A DNA stretch of 63,719 bases, counting the filler, from Octopus bimaculoides (Eukaryota): the NCBI RefSeq assembly GCF_001194135.2. It is 9 parts of 8 records of this genome, joined end to end, with 100 filler letters (N's around TTAATTAATTAA, not from the genome) between each part and the next. Parts side by side here need not be neighbours in the genome. Positions count along the whole stretch, not along the records: positions 19,244 to 25,502 come from NC_068986.1; positions 25,603 to 38,019 come from NC_068989.1; 7 more parts are not named here. One strand, given 5' to 3'. Positions within the stretch are counted from its first letter, which is position 1. Every line of letters begins with the position of its first letter. A program made the position numbers and the translations under genes. The notes below the pieces were generated by a model, which saw nothing but the letters and a program-made list of their open reading frames with translations, was not told the DNA's origin and did no database searches. This document shows positions 23,701-36,099 of the stretch, piece after piece.

Positions 23701-23949
23701 CTGACCATGACACTGTAGACAAATTTGACACTTTCTTTTTACGCATGGTTATATACATATACCGAAAAAATACTCGTGTAATTGTGAACTTCTTTCTGTC
23801 TGTAATTTGTCGTTGTTTGTTTGTAAATAACGATTGAGAACTTAAACTTACAGTGAAAACAATAACGATTGAAGTTAACGCGAAAAAAAACAAAACAAAC
23901 CAATGGCGTCTGAAAATGGAAAGTGAAAACAATAGAGAGGGAGTGCGAA

Positions 23950-24015
<66 letters not shown>

Positions 24016-24044
24016 AGCTAGTTAGACTGAGAAATAAGAGAAAT

Positions 24045-24116
<72 letters not shown>

Positions 24117-24495
24117 TAGACAGATAGATACAGAGAGATAGATATAGAGATAGAGAAATGTAGATACAGAGAGATGGATAGAGATATAGATAGAGAGATA
24201 TGTTACAGAGAGATAGGGATACATAGAGAGAGATGGACAGAGAGAAATATATAGAGAGATATGTTACCTCACTGACGCTAGAAAAACCGGAAGTAAATAT
24301 TTTTAAAACTTTCAAAGACGTGAATCTAATTAAAAACCAATATTTTTTTTTATTTTTAATAAAAAAAATATGAAGAGCCTGCTATTTGTCCGAGGTTAAA
24401 TTATTCATGCATCACAAGTATGAAAGCAATTGGTGAAGCCGTTTTCGCATGGAAAGTGAACACACACACACACACACATCTTTATTTTATATGTT
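20741..24495 (-). mobile_element. Decayed Helitron (Rep domain present, PIF1 helicase absent)
   Basis: FNYDP...IGAM..YCKARKWPGETPTLCCSG; PKFLQIYFMGD; YDALQYPLLF; FVADMYAKIESERL; ILPSSFTGSPRYM; DLFITFICNPKW; MIYGPCG; SIKYACKYVNK; GRYISSGEACWRIFKFPIH; SNPNQLWYKYK; many stops/frameshifts; Helitron-like 5' leader near 24.3-24.5 kb. Confidence 0.95.
22862..23160 (-). repeat. Internal duplication of Helitron segment 21284-21551 inserted upstream in the same element, with a 23-bp tandem repeat at the junction
   Basis: About 270 bp near-identical to 21284-21551; GACTGTCATGTCAGACTCCAATC at 23114-23136 and 23138-23160. Confidence 0.93.
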
Positions 24496-25451
24496 ATCAT
24501 ATATATATTCACACGGCGCAGCTTTGAGCAAAATATAATCGTGTACAACCTTATTTAACACGCCTCTGTACACTCGGACATCCTAGGAAAGAATATTTCT
24601 CGCAGAAAAAATTTGAGAAAATATATTAGGCTATGAAGGACCTCAATGGATCGTACGACACATACGTTTCTACGTTATTGCGATCCATTAGCTATAAACG
24701 CCTAACTCGTCTTTCACGAAATGTAAATAGTACAGTTTGGCCTAGCGGGAATTGAATAACTCGTTACATGAAGCGGCGTTGAATAAAACATAATCGCGCA
24801 GAACTATATTTAACACGTTCGATTATGCTTAGACGTGGAACGATCTTTCACTGTGGAAAAAATCCTGGGATATGTGTAGTCAACCGTAACGAATTGCGTG
24901 CTTTTGAGGGGGACGTAGTACCATCACCTGATCTTTGGTTACCTATAGTAGAATTCATTATGTTGCGAGAATTTCTTTAAGTGAGACCTCTGGTTTGAAG
25001 ATAACTATTTGCATTCCTCTTAGCTGAAAATAAATAAATATATAAAAGTTCATGAGCGCTGCTCTTCTCTTCGAGTTGGAATTAGAGTTTTAAGGAATGA
25101 ATTGTAAGTGTTGATGTTTTCAAAGTAATAGTATTACAAAGTTTTATAACGAACACAGTTACATCACAACTAACACTACCCATTCAACTGTCACATCGAC
25201 AGTCATTACTCATTTGCACCATCATCACAACCACAAACAGAACCACTATAATTACCACTGGCACAACTACTACAGTAAAGTAAATATCCGTCTCAACACA
25301 ATATCACTTGTTTCCCACATTACATACGATACATGTGATGCAACAGTGAGTAAAATAGCTATATACACTTATACATAGACGCACGAACACGCACACGCAC
25401 ACACGCATGCACACACACACACATACATAGATATATCTATGTATCTATCTA

Positions 25452-25502
<51 letters not shown>

Positions 25503-25648
25503 NNNNNNNNNNNNNNNNNNNNNNNNNNNNNNNNNNNNNNNNNNNNTTAATTAATTAANNNNNNNNNNNNNNNNNNNNNNNNNNNNNNNNNNNNNNNNNN
25601 NNAAATAACAAAAGGATGTATTAGTATGACACTCGGGAATACGGAAAG

Positions 25649-25685
25649 TCTTTGACGTTTCGAGCTACGCTCTTCAACAGAAAGA
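25649..25685 (-). ncRNA. Minimal type I hammerhead-like motif with one core substitution
   Basis: TCTTT-CTGTTGA-A-GAGC-GTA-GCTC-GAAAC-GTC-AAAGA: 5-bp stem I, 4-bp stem II, GUC triplet; A6 is U. Confidence 0.55.
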
Positions 25686-25769
25686 ATACGGAGACAAGGA
25701 GAAAAACACGGAGAAAAAAAATTGAATAGTGTTCAATCAACGGTCAATCATAATAATGGCCGATGACGA

Positions 25770-25925
25770 GCTTCTTTCAGTTTCCATCTACCAAATCTAC
25801 TCACAAGGCTTTGGTTGGCCTGAGGCTATAGTAGAAGACACTTGCCCAAGGTGCCATGCTGTGGGACTGAACCCAGAACCATGTGGCTGAGAAACAAGCT
25901 TCTTACCACACAGTCATGCCTGCAG
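25770..25925 (-). mobile_element. tRNA-derived SINE 5' part (CpG-decayed)
   Basis: TTTCAGTTTCCATCTACCAAATCTACTCACAAGGCTTTGGTTGGCC.GAGGCTATAGTAGAAGACACTTGCCCAAGGTGCC; same family as 62630-62760 and 29690-29850. Confidence 0.8.
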
Positions 25926-27771
25926 AAAGACATCACAGCAGCTCAGTTAAAGATAGAACTGTGGTACAGCGTACCTATGTGACAAGAAGAAACTACTACA
26001 TAAGCATGCCACCCAGGAATCTATGTGGGTTTTGCTGTCACAGCTCAGTTTTATATCATATGAGATGTTAAGAATAAAAGAAACTGCTCCATCCACAAGA
26101 AATGAAAGTGAAAATGTCCAAATCTGAGCAGATATTCTCTGGAGTAAAGCTCTAAAATGATCGAGACATTCACCAGAGAAACAAACACCACAAAAAACAA
26201 TCCACTGAGGGTGTATCTATGTGGCCATCAAAGATGCTAAAAATAGCAACTATATCTTCCTCAGCTTACAACACAACCATCCTAAAAATAACAGGAGAAA
26301 ATGGACAATGAAGCCCAAGACAGCTGAAAAGAATGATGGGGTGGTCATGGCTTAAAAATTGCAACCAAAGTACCCTCAAACCCTTTACTAAATTTTCATA
26401 AAATCAAAGGATACATTGCAGAAATACAGTTCTAGATGTCTGAAAAAAAACAATGTGGTGGTCATTGTTGGATTACTTTAGCTGACTTAGCGCTAAACAC
26501 AAGGGCATCAATACTAACACAATACAAAGAAAGGTGCACTGATATTAGATAATAAAACTTAATGCTGAAATTATATTAATATGTGCAAACACATTAACTT
26601 CTGCAGATATAATCTACATATATTTGTATAAAATTAATCGATTGGATGTCTTATGATGGAAAAAAACACATCAGATAACAGCATTTTGAATTCGCAGCTC
26701 TAAAGTTGGCACGGCTAATAATATCTCTCCCACACACAAGATGTCGGCTTTATTTTTAGAAATAATAAAAGTTAACTGAAGTAAGTTTGCAGAAGTATTA
26801 ATAATATGCGGAGGAAAGCAATTGACTGTAGACTTATTAGCGTAATAAAAGAAGGTAAAAAGTAAAATAATGCCTTTCTTTGTATAACAAATCAAATGTT
26901 TAGAAAACATGGGCAATGTAAGTAAAATGGAGATGAAGCAGATAAGGTATCTAATTGCTAATGACGATAAAACATTCATTACTAAACACATTCAAAATTG
27001 AGAAAAATATAATAAAAGCAAAGTAGACAAAAAACTAAAAATACTGAAGCAAATCGAAAATAGAAAGAAAAATTAGAAAGATAGATCGAAAGAGGCAAGT
27101 ATGTATATATGTGTGTGGAATGTATATATATATTCATCATCATCATCATCATCATTATTTAACGTGTTTTTCATGTTGACATGAGTTGGATAGTTTGACC
27201 AGAGGTGGTAAGGCCAGGGGCTGCACCAGGCTCCATCATCTGTTCTGGGATGGTTTCTATGGTTGGATGCCCTCCCTCATGCCAACCACTCTACAGAGTA
27301 TACTGGGTGCTTTTTATGTGGCACAGGCACCAGTATCAATTCTGCTGCAGTGGGTGGGTCTTCTTCAGTACAGCAAGATACCAGATATCTCAGTTCTTTG
27401 TCATCTCCTTCATAATATATATATGTATATATATATATATATATAAAACAAGTTTAAAATAATGTTCATTACATATTTTTCTTTTATTGGAGCAAACTTG
27501 GCTTACAGCTGCTTCCAGTAATCATTATAGGTATATTACTGATAGATTTACTCAATTGGTCTATTGATCAACTGAGAAAAATTGAACAACCTAAAAAAAT
27601 TAATGCTACTTTAGTCAGAGCCATTTCTGGTTATAACCCAGAAATACATATATATAACAGTAGAAACATTTTAATAAAGTTCCAAATGCAAAATATTTAT
27701 TATTGTTGACATGAAAATGCTGTCATTGCAATGAACAACAGGAAAAAGGTATTTAAGCCAGGTGAGATAGT

Positions 27772-27958
27772 TCAACAGTTTGTGTAATGATAGTAACAGT
27801 CTTTGAGTAAGCTGGAATCATCATTGGTCTCAGGGCATTCCATAGCCAAAGTTGAGTGGTCTAAATCCTTGCAGTCATTGATTTTGACCATGTCATGATC
27901 ACTGTTATCATCATCACATTCTGTAACCGGAGTTGAGTGGCACAAGTTCATGCAACCA
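27772..27958 (-). CDS. Candidate terminal coding exon, acidic/Cys-rich
   Basis: GCMNLCHSTPVTECDDDNSDHDMVKINDCKDLDHSTLAMECPETNDDSSLLKDCYYHYTNC*; in-frame 81-nt internal repeat; acceptor CTGAC...CAG| with a weak pyrimidine tract. Confidence 0.35.
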
Positions 27959-27999
27959 CTGGTCTTGGCGGGTCAGTGACCGACTAGCAAGCAGATAGT

Positions 28000-28410
28000 C
28001 CATTTATATACAGCTTTCCATGCTGGCTGGCATAAGTTGAATGGTTTGACAAGAGAACTGCACCAAGCTCCAATTATCTGTTTTTGGTATAGTTTTTACA
28101 ACTGGATGCCCTTCCTAATGCCAACCACTTAATAGAATGGACTGTGTGCTTGCTACATGGCACCAGCACCAGTGCTTTATATGTGACACGATTACAGGTT
28201 CTTTTCGTGTGGTACCAGCACAAATGCTTTTTATGTGGCATCAAAGCTGGTGCTTTTTATGTGGTACCAGCATGGATGCTTTTTATCTGGTACTGGCATG
28301 AGTACTTTTTACATGGCACTGAAATGGGTGCTTTTTACATAACAGCAAAATGAGTGCTTTTTTTGATGTGGCACTGAAATGGGTGTTTTTTTTTTCATGG
28401 CACCAGCTCC
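28000..28410 (-). mobile_element. SINE with internal 24-bp motif amplified into a minisatellite
   Basis: GGATGCCCTTCCTAATGCCAACCAC followed by about 10 units of GTGCTTTTTA(C/T)(G/A)TGG(C/T)AC. Confidence 0.75.
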
Positions 28411-29689
28411 CGTGATCAGCAAAGAGAAGATAAAAGAAAAAGAATTCAATGAAAGAAAACTCTACTTTGACTTCCCATTGGAAGAAGCAAGCAAAAAGTA
28501 TCACCAATACTTTTGAAGGGGACCATGTATTTCTTATTCTGAGAAGAACTACAATAAATCGATCCAAATATATGACTGGTACTTATATGATTATCTTTCA
28601 GGTGAATGTAAAACAAAGTCAATCACAACAGTATGTTAAAGATAAGATACAATTAAAAACAAAGATGCACTATAAAGGCTACATATACTTTTCTACTCTA
28701 GGCACAAGGCCCAAAATTTGGTGGGAGGGGGCCAGTTGACCCCAAAAGTCGACCTCGGTGGAATTTATAAAGGCTGCATATTGGCAGAAGCTTTAGAACA
28801 TAGGACAAAATACTGTTCTCTATTTGTTCTGGCATTCAAAATTCAAATACTGCTGAGGACAGCTTTATTTTTATTCCATCTCGGGTCAATGAAATAAAAT
28901 ACCAGCTATAGGCTGTAGATAGGTGGAATTGTTAAAATGTTGGGGTAAAATGCTCTGTTGTATTTTTCCCCACCAGGTGTGATGGATTATCTGTATTTAA
29001 TCAACCAAATGATGTCTTGTAAAAAAGAACACTTCAAGAAAAGCAACAGCAAACATCTTGACATCTTCCTATGAAAATTTCATGACAAAGCGCATAATGT
29101 TTACCAAATTTTATTACCAGGGTCGTTTAAGATTGTAAGACTGACTCAAAAGATATCTGATAAAGAAGTGCTAAGTTTACAGTCCACTGAACTGAATCAA
29201 TATCTGCTTAGTGCTTATATTTCTGACCATGCAGAGATGAATTATAAATGTATCACATAGTGTGATCTGAACCTAGAATATAAATGCATGAGAGTAAATT
29301 CCATGTGGCATTTTGTCCATATAACAAAGAGTAGGAACAATTCACTTTTGGGTTTTTATTTTGTCCCTTTATATCTGGAGTTCAAATCCTGCTGGGGTCA
29401 CCTTTAAATTTCATCTCAGTAGGATTAATAAAATAAGTATTTCACTTTACTGCTATAGACTGGATTATGTTTAACCCTTTCTTAACATTTTGTGATCCCA
29501 GGAGTAATCAAAGTAACAGGGTAACATAGTTTACTACTTTACTTGCTACTATTTCTGAAATTATGGAAATGCTGGATAACTGGAGAATTAGTTCTACTAA
29601 GTTCAAGAAAGTATTTCTTCAAGATCATAAATTATAAATCATGATAGAATTTTACTTCATCACTGCATGTTAAAGCAATTATTTTTGTC

Positions 29690-29857
29690 AGCTATAAAGT
29701 GCCTGTGGTTGAGAAACATGCTTCCTAACCATGTTATCTCAGATTCAGTCCTACTGCATGGTACCATGGTCAAGTGTCTTCTATTATAGCTGCAGCCTGG
29801 CCAAAGCTTTGTGTGTGGATTTGGTAGACAGAAACTCAAAGAAGCCCATCGTGTGTG

Positions 29858-29910
<53 letters not shown>

Positions 29911-30145
29911 ACCCTTGTCTTGACATCATGTAATGACTGTAAATGAGCATCATTATCAACCAGACAGTGTTATTCATTTCCAATTGTTCTGCAAAAAACA
30001 TGTCTGACCATGTAGAAATATTATCTTGCTTGGAAACAAGTAAGGGTTGGCAATGGGAAAGGCATCCAGTCATAGAAAATTTGGCTCAGCAAATTCCATC
30101 TGACTCATGCAAGTATGGAAAACGGGACAGTAAATGGTGGTGATG
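29690..30145 (+). mobile_element. Composite SINE (tRNA head, (GT)n, body, GAT tail)
   Basis: Head GCCTGTGGTTGAGAAAC...; GGAAAGGCATCCAGTCATAGAAA; ends in (GAT)n. Confidence 0.7.
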
Positions 30146-31140
30146 ATAGCAATAATGATGATGATGACAATAATAATGATGATGGTGATGACGATAATGA
30201 TGATGAAATCTTTATTATAGGCACGAAGGCCTCATTACAAAGAGGGGGGACATTACAAGGACAGACAATACAATACAAAACGTGGGGTACATAAAGCGAA
30301 TGATGAAATGAAATGAGTAACTTACAATATGATGATGGAATGGCTTACGAGTCCCCCAAAGCTCGCAGTTTCATGACGATAATGATGATGATGAGGCTTC
30401 TGCCTCCAGTGACGATGGCAACAACAACGACAGTACTTTCACTGCCTTCCCATGATCTCTATTCACATAAAGATTTTAGTCACTTGATCCTGGATGAAAC
30501 AGTATGATTAACAAATGATATTACAAGCCTTCAGCACCAACGGTTTAGTACCATCTATGCCTCCACCTAACAACTACAGTGCATGGGCTATACCATACTT
30601 CACTTGTATTAAAAGTAATAGAAATAACAAAAACTGTGTGAAGTGGAAATATATAAAAAAGAAGAAAAAAAAAAGCAGAAACTACCATATTAAGAGATCA
30701 AAGCAACAGAACTTAACATTCTACATTATGTTAACGAGAACAGCTTCGATAATACACAACATAATAGACTGTACATACCAGAGATATGCTTTCTACTTTG
30801 ATAAGGAAGATAACGACTAACCAGTCTGAAACTATAAATATTAAAGATAAATGTTCCCCAGTTCATCATAAAAAAAATGTTAATTTATTGCATGACATTC
30901 GATGAAGAATTCAGTAAATGACTAATAGCTTCAAATGAGACTAGCACAGTTATCCTGTATCTCTTAAGCTTAATGTGTGTGTATATGTATGTCTGTATAT
31001 CAGCATTTTTATATACGTGTGTGTATATATATATATAAGTTCAAAACAAAGAAAAAGACAAAAAACAACAACAAAAAACAACAACGTGAGGATGTGATAC
31101 AGATTGTGTTACAAGACGCTCGGGAAAGGAAAGAGAGAGA

Positions 31141-31175
31141 GTATGACGTTTCGAGCAGAGCTCTTCGTCGGAAAC
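31141..31175 (-). ncRNA. Minimal type I hammerhead-like motif with one core substitution
   Basis: GTTT-CCGACGA-A-GAGC-TCT-GCTC-GAAAC-GTC-ATAC; U4 is C, stem I 3/4 paired. Confidence 0.55.
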
Positions 31176-31719
31176 AAGCAAAGTTCAAAGAAGGGGAAAA
31201 CGGAGGAAGAAAAAATCGCCACCGATGTCCACGAGGTTACATTGTGGAAGGACCGGAAGAGGAAGTGGTGGAGGAAAAGTTCTTTCTAAGACAGGAGAAT
31301 GCAAGAGGGAGGTAAATATGTGTGCGTGTGCGAGGGACTGTGTGTGNNNNNNNNNNNNNNNNNNNNNNNNNNNNNNNNNNNNNNNNNNNNNNNNNNNNNN
31401 NNNNNNNNNNNNNNNNNNNNNNNNNNNNNNNNNNNNNNNNNNNNNNNNNNNNNNNNNNNNNNNNNNNNNNNNNNNNNNNNNNNNNNNNNNNNNNNNNNNN
31501 NNNNNNNNNNNNNNNNNNNNNNNNNNNNNNNNNNNNNNNNNNNNNNNNNNNNNNNNNNNNNNNNNNNNNNNNNNNNNNNNNNNNNNNNNNNNNNNNNNNN
31601 NNNNNNNNNNNNNNNNNNNNNNNNNNNNNNNNNNNNNNNNNNNNNNNNNNNNNNNNNNNNNNNNNNNNNNNNNNNNNNNNNNNNNNNNNNNNNNNNNNNN
31701 NNNNNNNNNTGTGTGTATA

Positions 31720-32320
31720 TGCGTGTGGTTTGCTCTGTGGATCGCACGTGGGTTATTTCGTGCGTGTATATGTGTAGTATGTGTGCGTGTATGTGTTACT
31801 GTTTGTTGTGTGTGTATGTGAGTTATGTGTGGGTTCATTTGCGTGTGTGTCCATGTATGTCCACCTGGGTGTGTGTGTGTGTGTAGGAGTTATATGTGGG
31901 TTCATTTGCGTGTGTGTGTAAGTGAGTTCGTTTCTACATGTGTGTGTATGTGTCTTGTGTGTGTGCGTGTGTGTATGTGTGAGTACGTGTTGTGTATGTA
32001 TAGGAGTTATGTGTGGGTTCATTTGCATGTGTGTGTATGTGGGTTCGTTTGCGCCGGTGTGTGTATGTGTCTTTTGTGTGTGTGCGTGTGCGGAGGGGGG
32101 TGCGTGTGTGTGGGTGTATGTGGATGTGCGTGCGTGTGTCTGTGTATGGATGTGCGTACACGTGTGTGTGTGAGTTGTGAGTGTTAGGTACGTGTGCGCG
32201 TGTGTGTGTGCGCGCGTGTGTGTCTATGTGTGTCTGTATGTGTGCGTGTGTGTGTATATTTTTTTGTGCGTGCGTTTGTCATTTATGCCCCTTGTGTGTG
32301 TAGTTGTATGCGTGTTTNNN
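31720..32320. repeat. Complex (GT)-rich satellite with a recurring GAGTTAT(G/A)TGTGGGTTCATTTGC unit
   Basis: Unit seen at about 31820, 31886 and 32005. Confidence 0.8.
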
Positions 32321-32850
32321 NNNNNNNNNNNNNNNNNNNNNNNNNNNNNNNNNNNNNNNNNNNNNNNNNNNNNNNNNNNNNNNNNNNNNNNNNNNNNNNN
32401 NNNNNNNNNNNNNNNNNNNNNNNNNNNNNNNNNNNNNNNNNNNNNNNNNNNNNNNNNNNNNNNNNNNNNNNNNNNNNNNNNNNNNNNNNNNNNNNNNNNN
32501 NNNNNNNNNNNNNNNNNNNNNNNNNNNNNNNNNNNNNNNNNNNNNNNNNNNNNNNNNNNNNNNNNNNNNNNNNNNNNNNNNNNNNNNNNNNNNNNNNNNN
32601 NNNNNNNNNNNNNNNNNNNNNNNNNNNNNNNNNNNNNNNNNNNNNNNNNNNNNNNNNNNNNNNNNNNNNNNNNNNNNNNNNNNNNNNNNNNNNNNNNNNN
32701 NNNNNNNNNNNNNNNNNNNNNNNNNNNNNNNNNNNNNNNNNNNNNNNNNNNNNNNNNNNNNNNNNNNNNNNNNNNNNNNNNNNNNNNNNNNNNNNNNNNN
32801 NNNNNNNNNNNNNNNNNNNNNNNNNNNNGATGGTAAGAGACAAATGCACA

Positions 32851-32888
<38 letters not shown>

Positions 32889-34037
32889 CATATATATATA
32901 TAAAAATTATTAGTTACAGAATAAAAGCATTACATTTGGGTCAACGACTCAACATACAACAGTCCCCTCAATAAACGAGTATATATAAAAAAATACATCA
33001 AAGTCCACAAATACTTAAGAAAATATATAAAAAATAAAATACAACATAAAACACACAATATAAAAATTTATATATATATTTTCTACTAATAACATACAAA
33101 TCAATCAAATTTGAGTTAAAAATATAACATAATATATATATATCTTTTTATAAAAATTCCAATTCGAATAGAATTAAGCGATTAAAAATTCAAAATACAC
33201 AAATAAAGCAAAATAGAATAAAATAAAATGAAGTAAAATAAAATAATATAATAGTCCATAGGCTAAAATACTATATCTGATGACAAAACTTTAAAATGAT
33301 AAAAAAACTTTAAAATGATTTAACATCATTTAAAGTTGTATTAGAAGGTCTTGTACTTCCCTCAAGGTACACGTAATAACAGCAGACTTCCATAGGTAAA
33401 ATCCGTCTCTGCTCACCAAACTCACAAAAGTTCATAAAAAACACTGGTCAAAAACAGGTCAAAAACACACACAAGCACCTATGGCCATTTTAAGGGTTCA
33501 CCACCGTGGTCCATACACGTCATAGTGCAATCCGGTGATGACCCCCTCATCAGGGTAACAGTTACAGACAAACATGAAGACATGCAAAACGAATTATTTT
33601 TTATAACAGGCTTATATAGTCAAGAGGGAAAGACTAGTCCACATCATGAAATGAAAAAAAAAAAAAACATTCAAATTGGTTGTAGTAACTAATGTAATCC
33701 TCCAGGTTTCAAATCACCCTAAAGCAAACAAATAATCTTATTCATATTTTTATTTTTTATTTTTATTTCTATATACCTTCAAGAAAGTGGAGGAAAACCT
33801 ATGATTGCAGTGAATTTATTTAAAACCTATGATTTCAGTGAATTTATTTAAAGTTTTCGGCCCAAACAACCTAAGTATAGTGATGGATTCCCTAATACAC
33901 AATAGACATTTGCTAATATTTGCTCTAAAATAAGGGGCTAATAATATTTTATCCCTGTCTAAATTAATTTGAGCACTTCTTTTTGCAGCCCTGTAAAAAA
34001 CTAATTTGTTTCCTAATAAGAAACAATTACTATTACC

Positions 34038-34068
<31 letters not shown>

Positions 34069-34255
34069 ATATATANNNNNNNNNNGAACGAGGTATTAAC
34101 AGTAAATACAGACAGGACACAGATGTGTGTCGATAGCCAGCTGGAGGAGATGTCCTCCTGGGGCTAAAAGCAACAGTAACATCCACCCCTCGGGGTCAGC
34201 TACATTTAAGTGGCAAATATACTTCACTATATATATATACTTATTCACATATATA

Positions 34256-35090
34256 TTGGGTCATTCCATAAATAATGCAGTTCTTTTATATTTCTTATTT
34301 TTCAAAATTAAGATAAACAAAGTTCTTTTTTAATCTAAAACATACTCTCCTTCATTTTCTACAATGCTCTTCCATCTGTCTGGTAGACTTGCAAGGCCCC
34401 TCTTCCAAAATTCACTTGTCTGTGACAAAAAATACTCCTCCAGTACTGTTCTGACCTTGTCTAAAGAATTAATATTTTTTCCATCCAAATGATTTTGAAG
34501 ACTGTGGAATAAATTATAATCAGATGGGGCAATGTCCAGTGAATATGGTGGGTGGGACATCGTTTCTCATTCAAACTGCTCCAGCCTTTGGAATGTCGTT
34601 CTCGCTGAATGTGGCTGAGCATTATCCCCATGGAAAAACACCTTTCATCTTGAAACTGAAGATGGTCATTTTTCTTCTAGTGCTGACTTAAACTGCTCAC
34701 AGTAGATCTCCTTTGTTATTGTTTGGTTTGGGTTTAAAAGTTCAAAGTGGACTAAACCTTTCATATTCCACCAAACAGATAACAACACCTTACATAGGTG
34801 AAGACCTTCTTTAGCCTGGGGTGCCTGTGTTTCTCCTTTCCCTACCACTATCTTTGGTGCTTAACATATTTATAGAGAACCTGTTTCTTGTCACCAGTTA
34901 CTATTCGGTCCAAAAAAGGTTCAGTCATAAGACATGACAGCAAAGAAGAGCACACATTCACTCTCTGTGCATAATGGAATTTGGAAAGTTTGTGAGGAAC
35001 CCATTAACTCAATTTGTTGACTTTCCGATGGCACACAGGTGTTGATGAATGGTTGAATGACCAAATCCAAGCTTCTCTGCTAGTTACTCA
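34256..35090 (-). mobile_element. mariner transposon, 3' two-thirds with right TIR
   Basis: TA|TTGGGTCATTCCATAAATAATGC end at 34256; WVPH, KVLLSVWWNMKGLVHFELL, HPPYSLDIAPSDYNLF, LPDRWKSIVENEGEY; frameshifted. Confidence 0.9.
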
Positions 35091-35094
35091 ACAG

Positions 35095-35449
35095 TTACAA
35101 GATGATAATGCACCAATTCACACAGCTAAAGTCGTTACTGAATGATACAAGGAACATTCTAGTGAAGCTGAACATCTTATCTGGCCACCACAGTCCCCAG
35201 ATCTCAATATTATTGAACATTTATGGTGCATTTTAGAAAAACAATTAAGGAGTCAATATCCTCGACCATCATCACTACAATAACTGGAGACTGTTTTAGC
35301 TGAAGAATGGACAAAAATTCCTTTGGAAGAATTCAAACTTTGTACGAGTCCATACCTCATAGAATTCAAGTTGTAATTACTGCCACAGGCGGTCGTGCCT
35401 CATATTAAAATAAATTTGTTTGAAATCTTAAGGTGTTGTCTAACCCCTG
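35095..35449 (+). mobile_element. Tc1 transposon 3' fragment with right TIR
   Basis: QDDNAPIHTAK...WPPQSPDLNIIEHLW; ends TTGTCTAACCCCTG|TA, matching the TIR at 11020. Confidence 0.88.
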
Positions 35450-35483
35450 TATATCTGTGTGTGTGTGTATGTATGTACGTATG

Positions 35484-35567
<84 letters not shown>

Positions 35568-36099
35568 ACAGAAAGCCTTAAATGTAAAATATATATATAC
35601 TATATATATATTTGCATGTATACATGCATCTGATTTGGCATGGTTTCTTTGGTTGGATGCCCTTCCTAATGCCAACATACATGAATACTAGACAATCAAA
35701 TCTATGGGTCATAACAAAAGCTCTTAAATGAATTAACAACTTGTTATTAAAAAGGCAGAAACATTTCTGCATTTTTGCTCTATGTCATACTCGTTATTAC
35801 AAAAAGTGGAAGGTGTGGTTGTATTCTACATTGAGCGTATGTTTGCCATGACTGAAGGAGCTAATAATTAGGCATATATTTTATGTATGAAATAGTAACT
35901 GTAGGTGTGGTATAGCCTCATGTTTAAGAAGTTTGTTATGTAACTACAATGTTGCATGTTTAATCTGAACGTGTGGTATTGTACCTGTAATTTGAAAGGA
36001 ATGGCTTGTCACACACTTAGAATTATGTTAAGAATCTGTGGATGGAATTCTCGCTCACTTACATGTTACTTTAGGTGCAATTAATTCAGTTGTTCAAAC

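Noticed and set aside
26698-26790. Plus-strand segment with CAG| acceptor and |GTAAGT donor
   Set aside because: Stops in all three frames; could only be a UTR exon, and unsupported.
33530-33560. CTGATGA-GGGGG-TCAT-CACC on the minus strand as a hammerhead
   Set aside because: GAAA, stem III and the stem I partner are absent; at most a heavily decayed relic.
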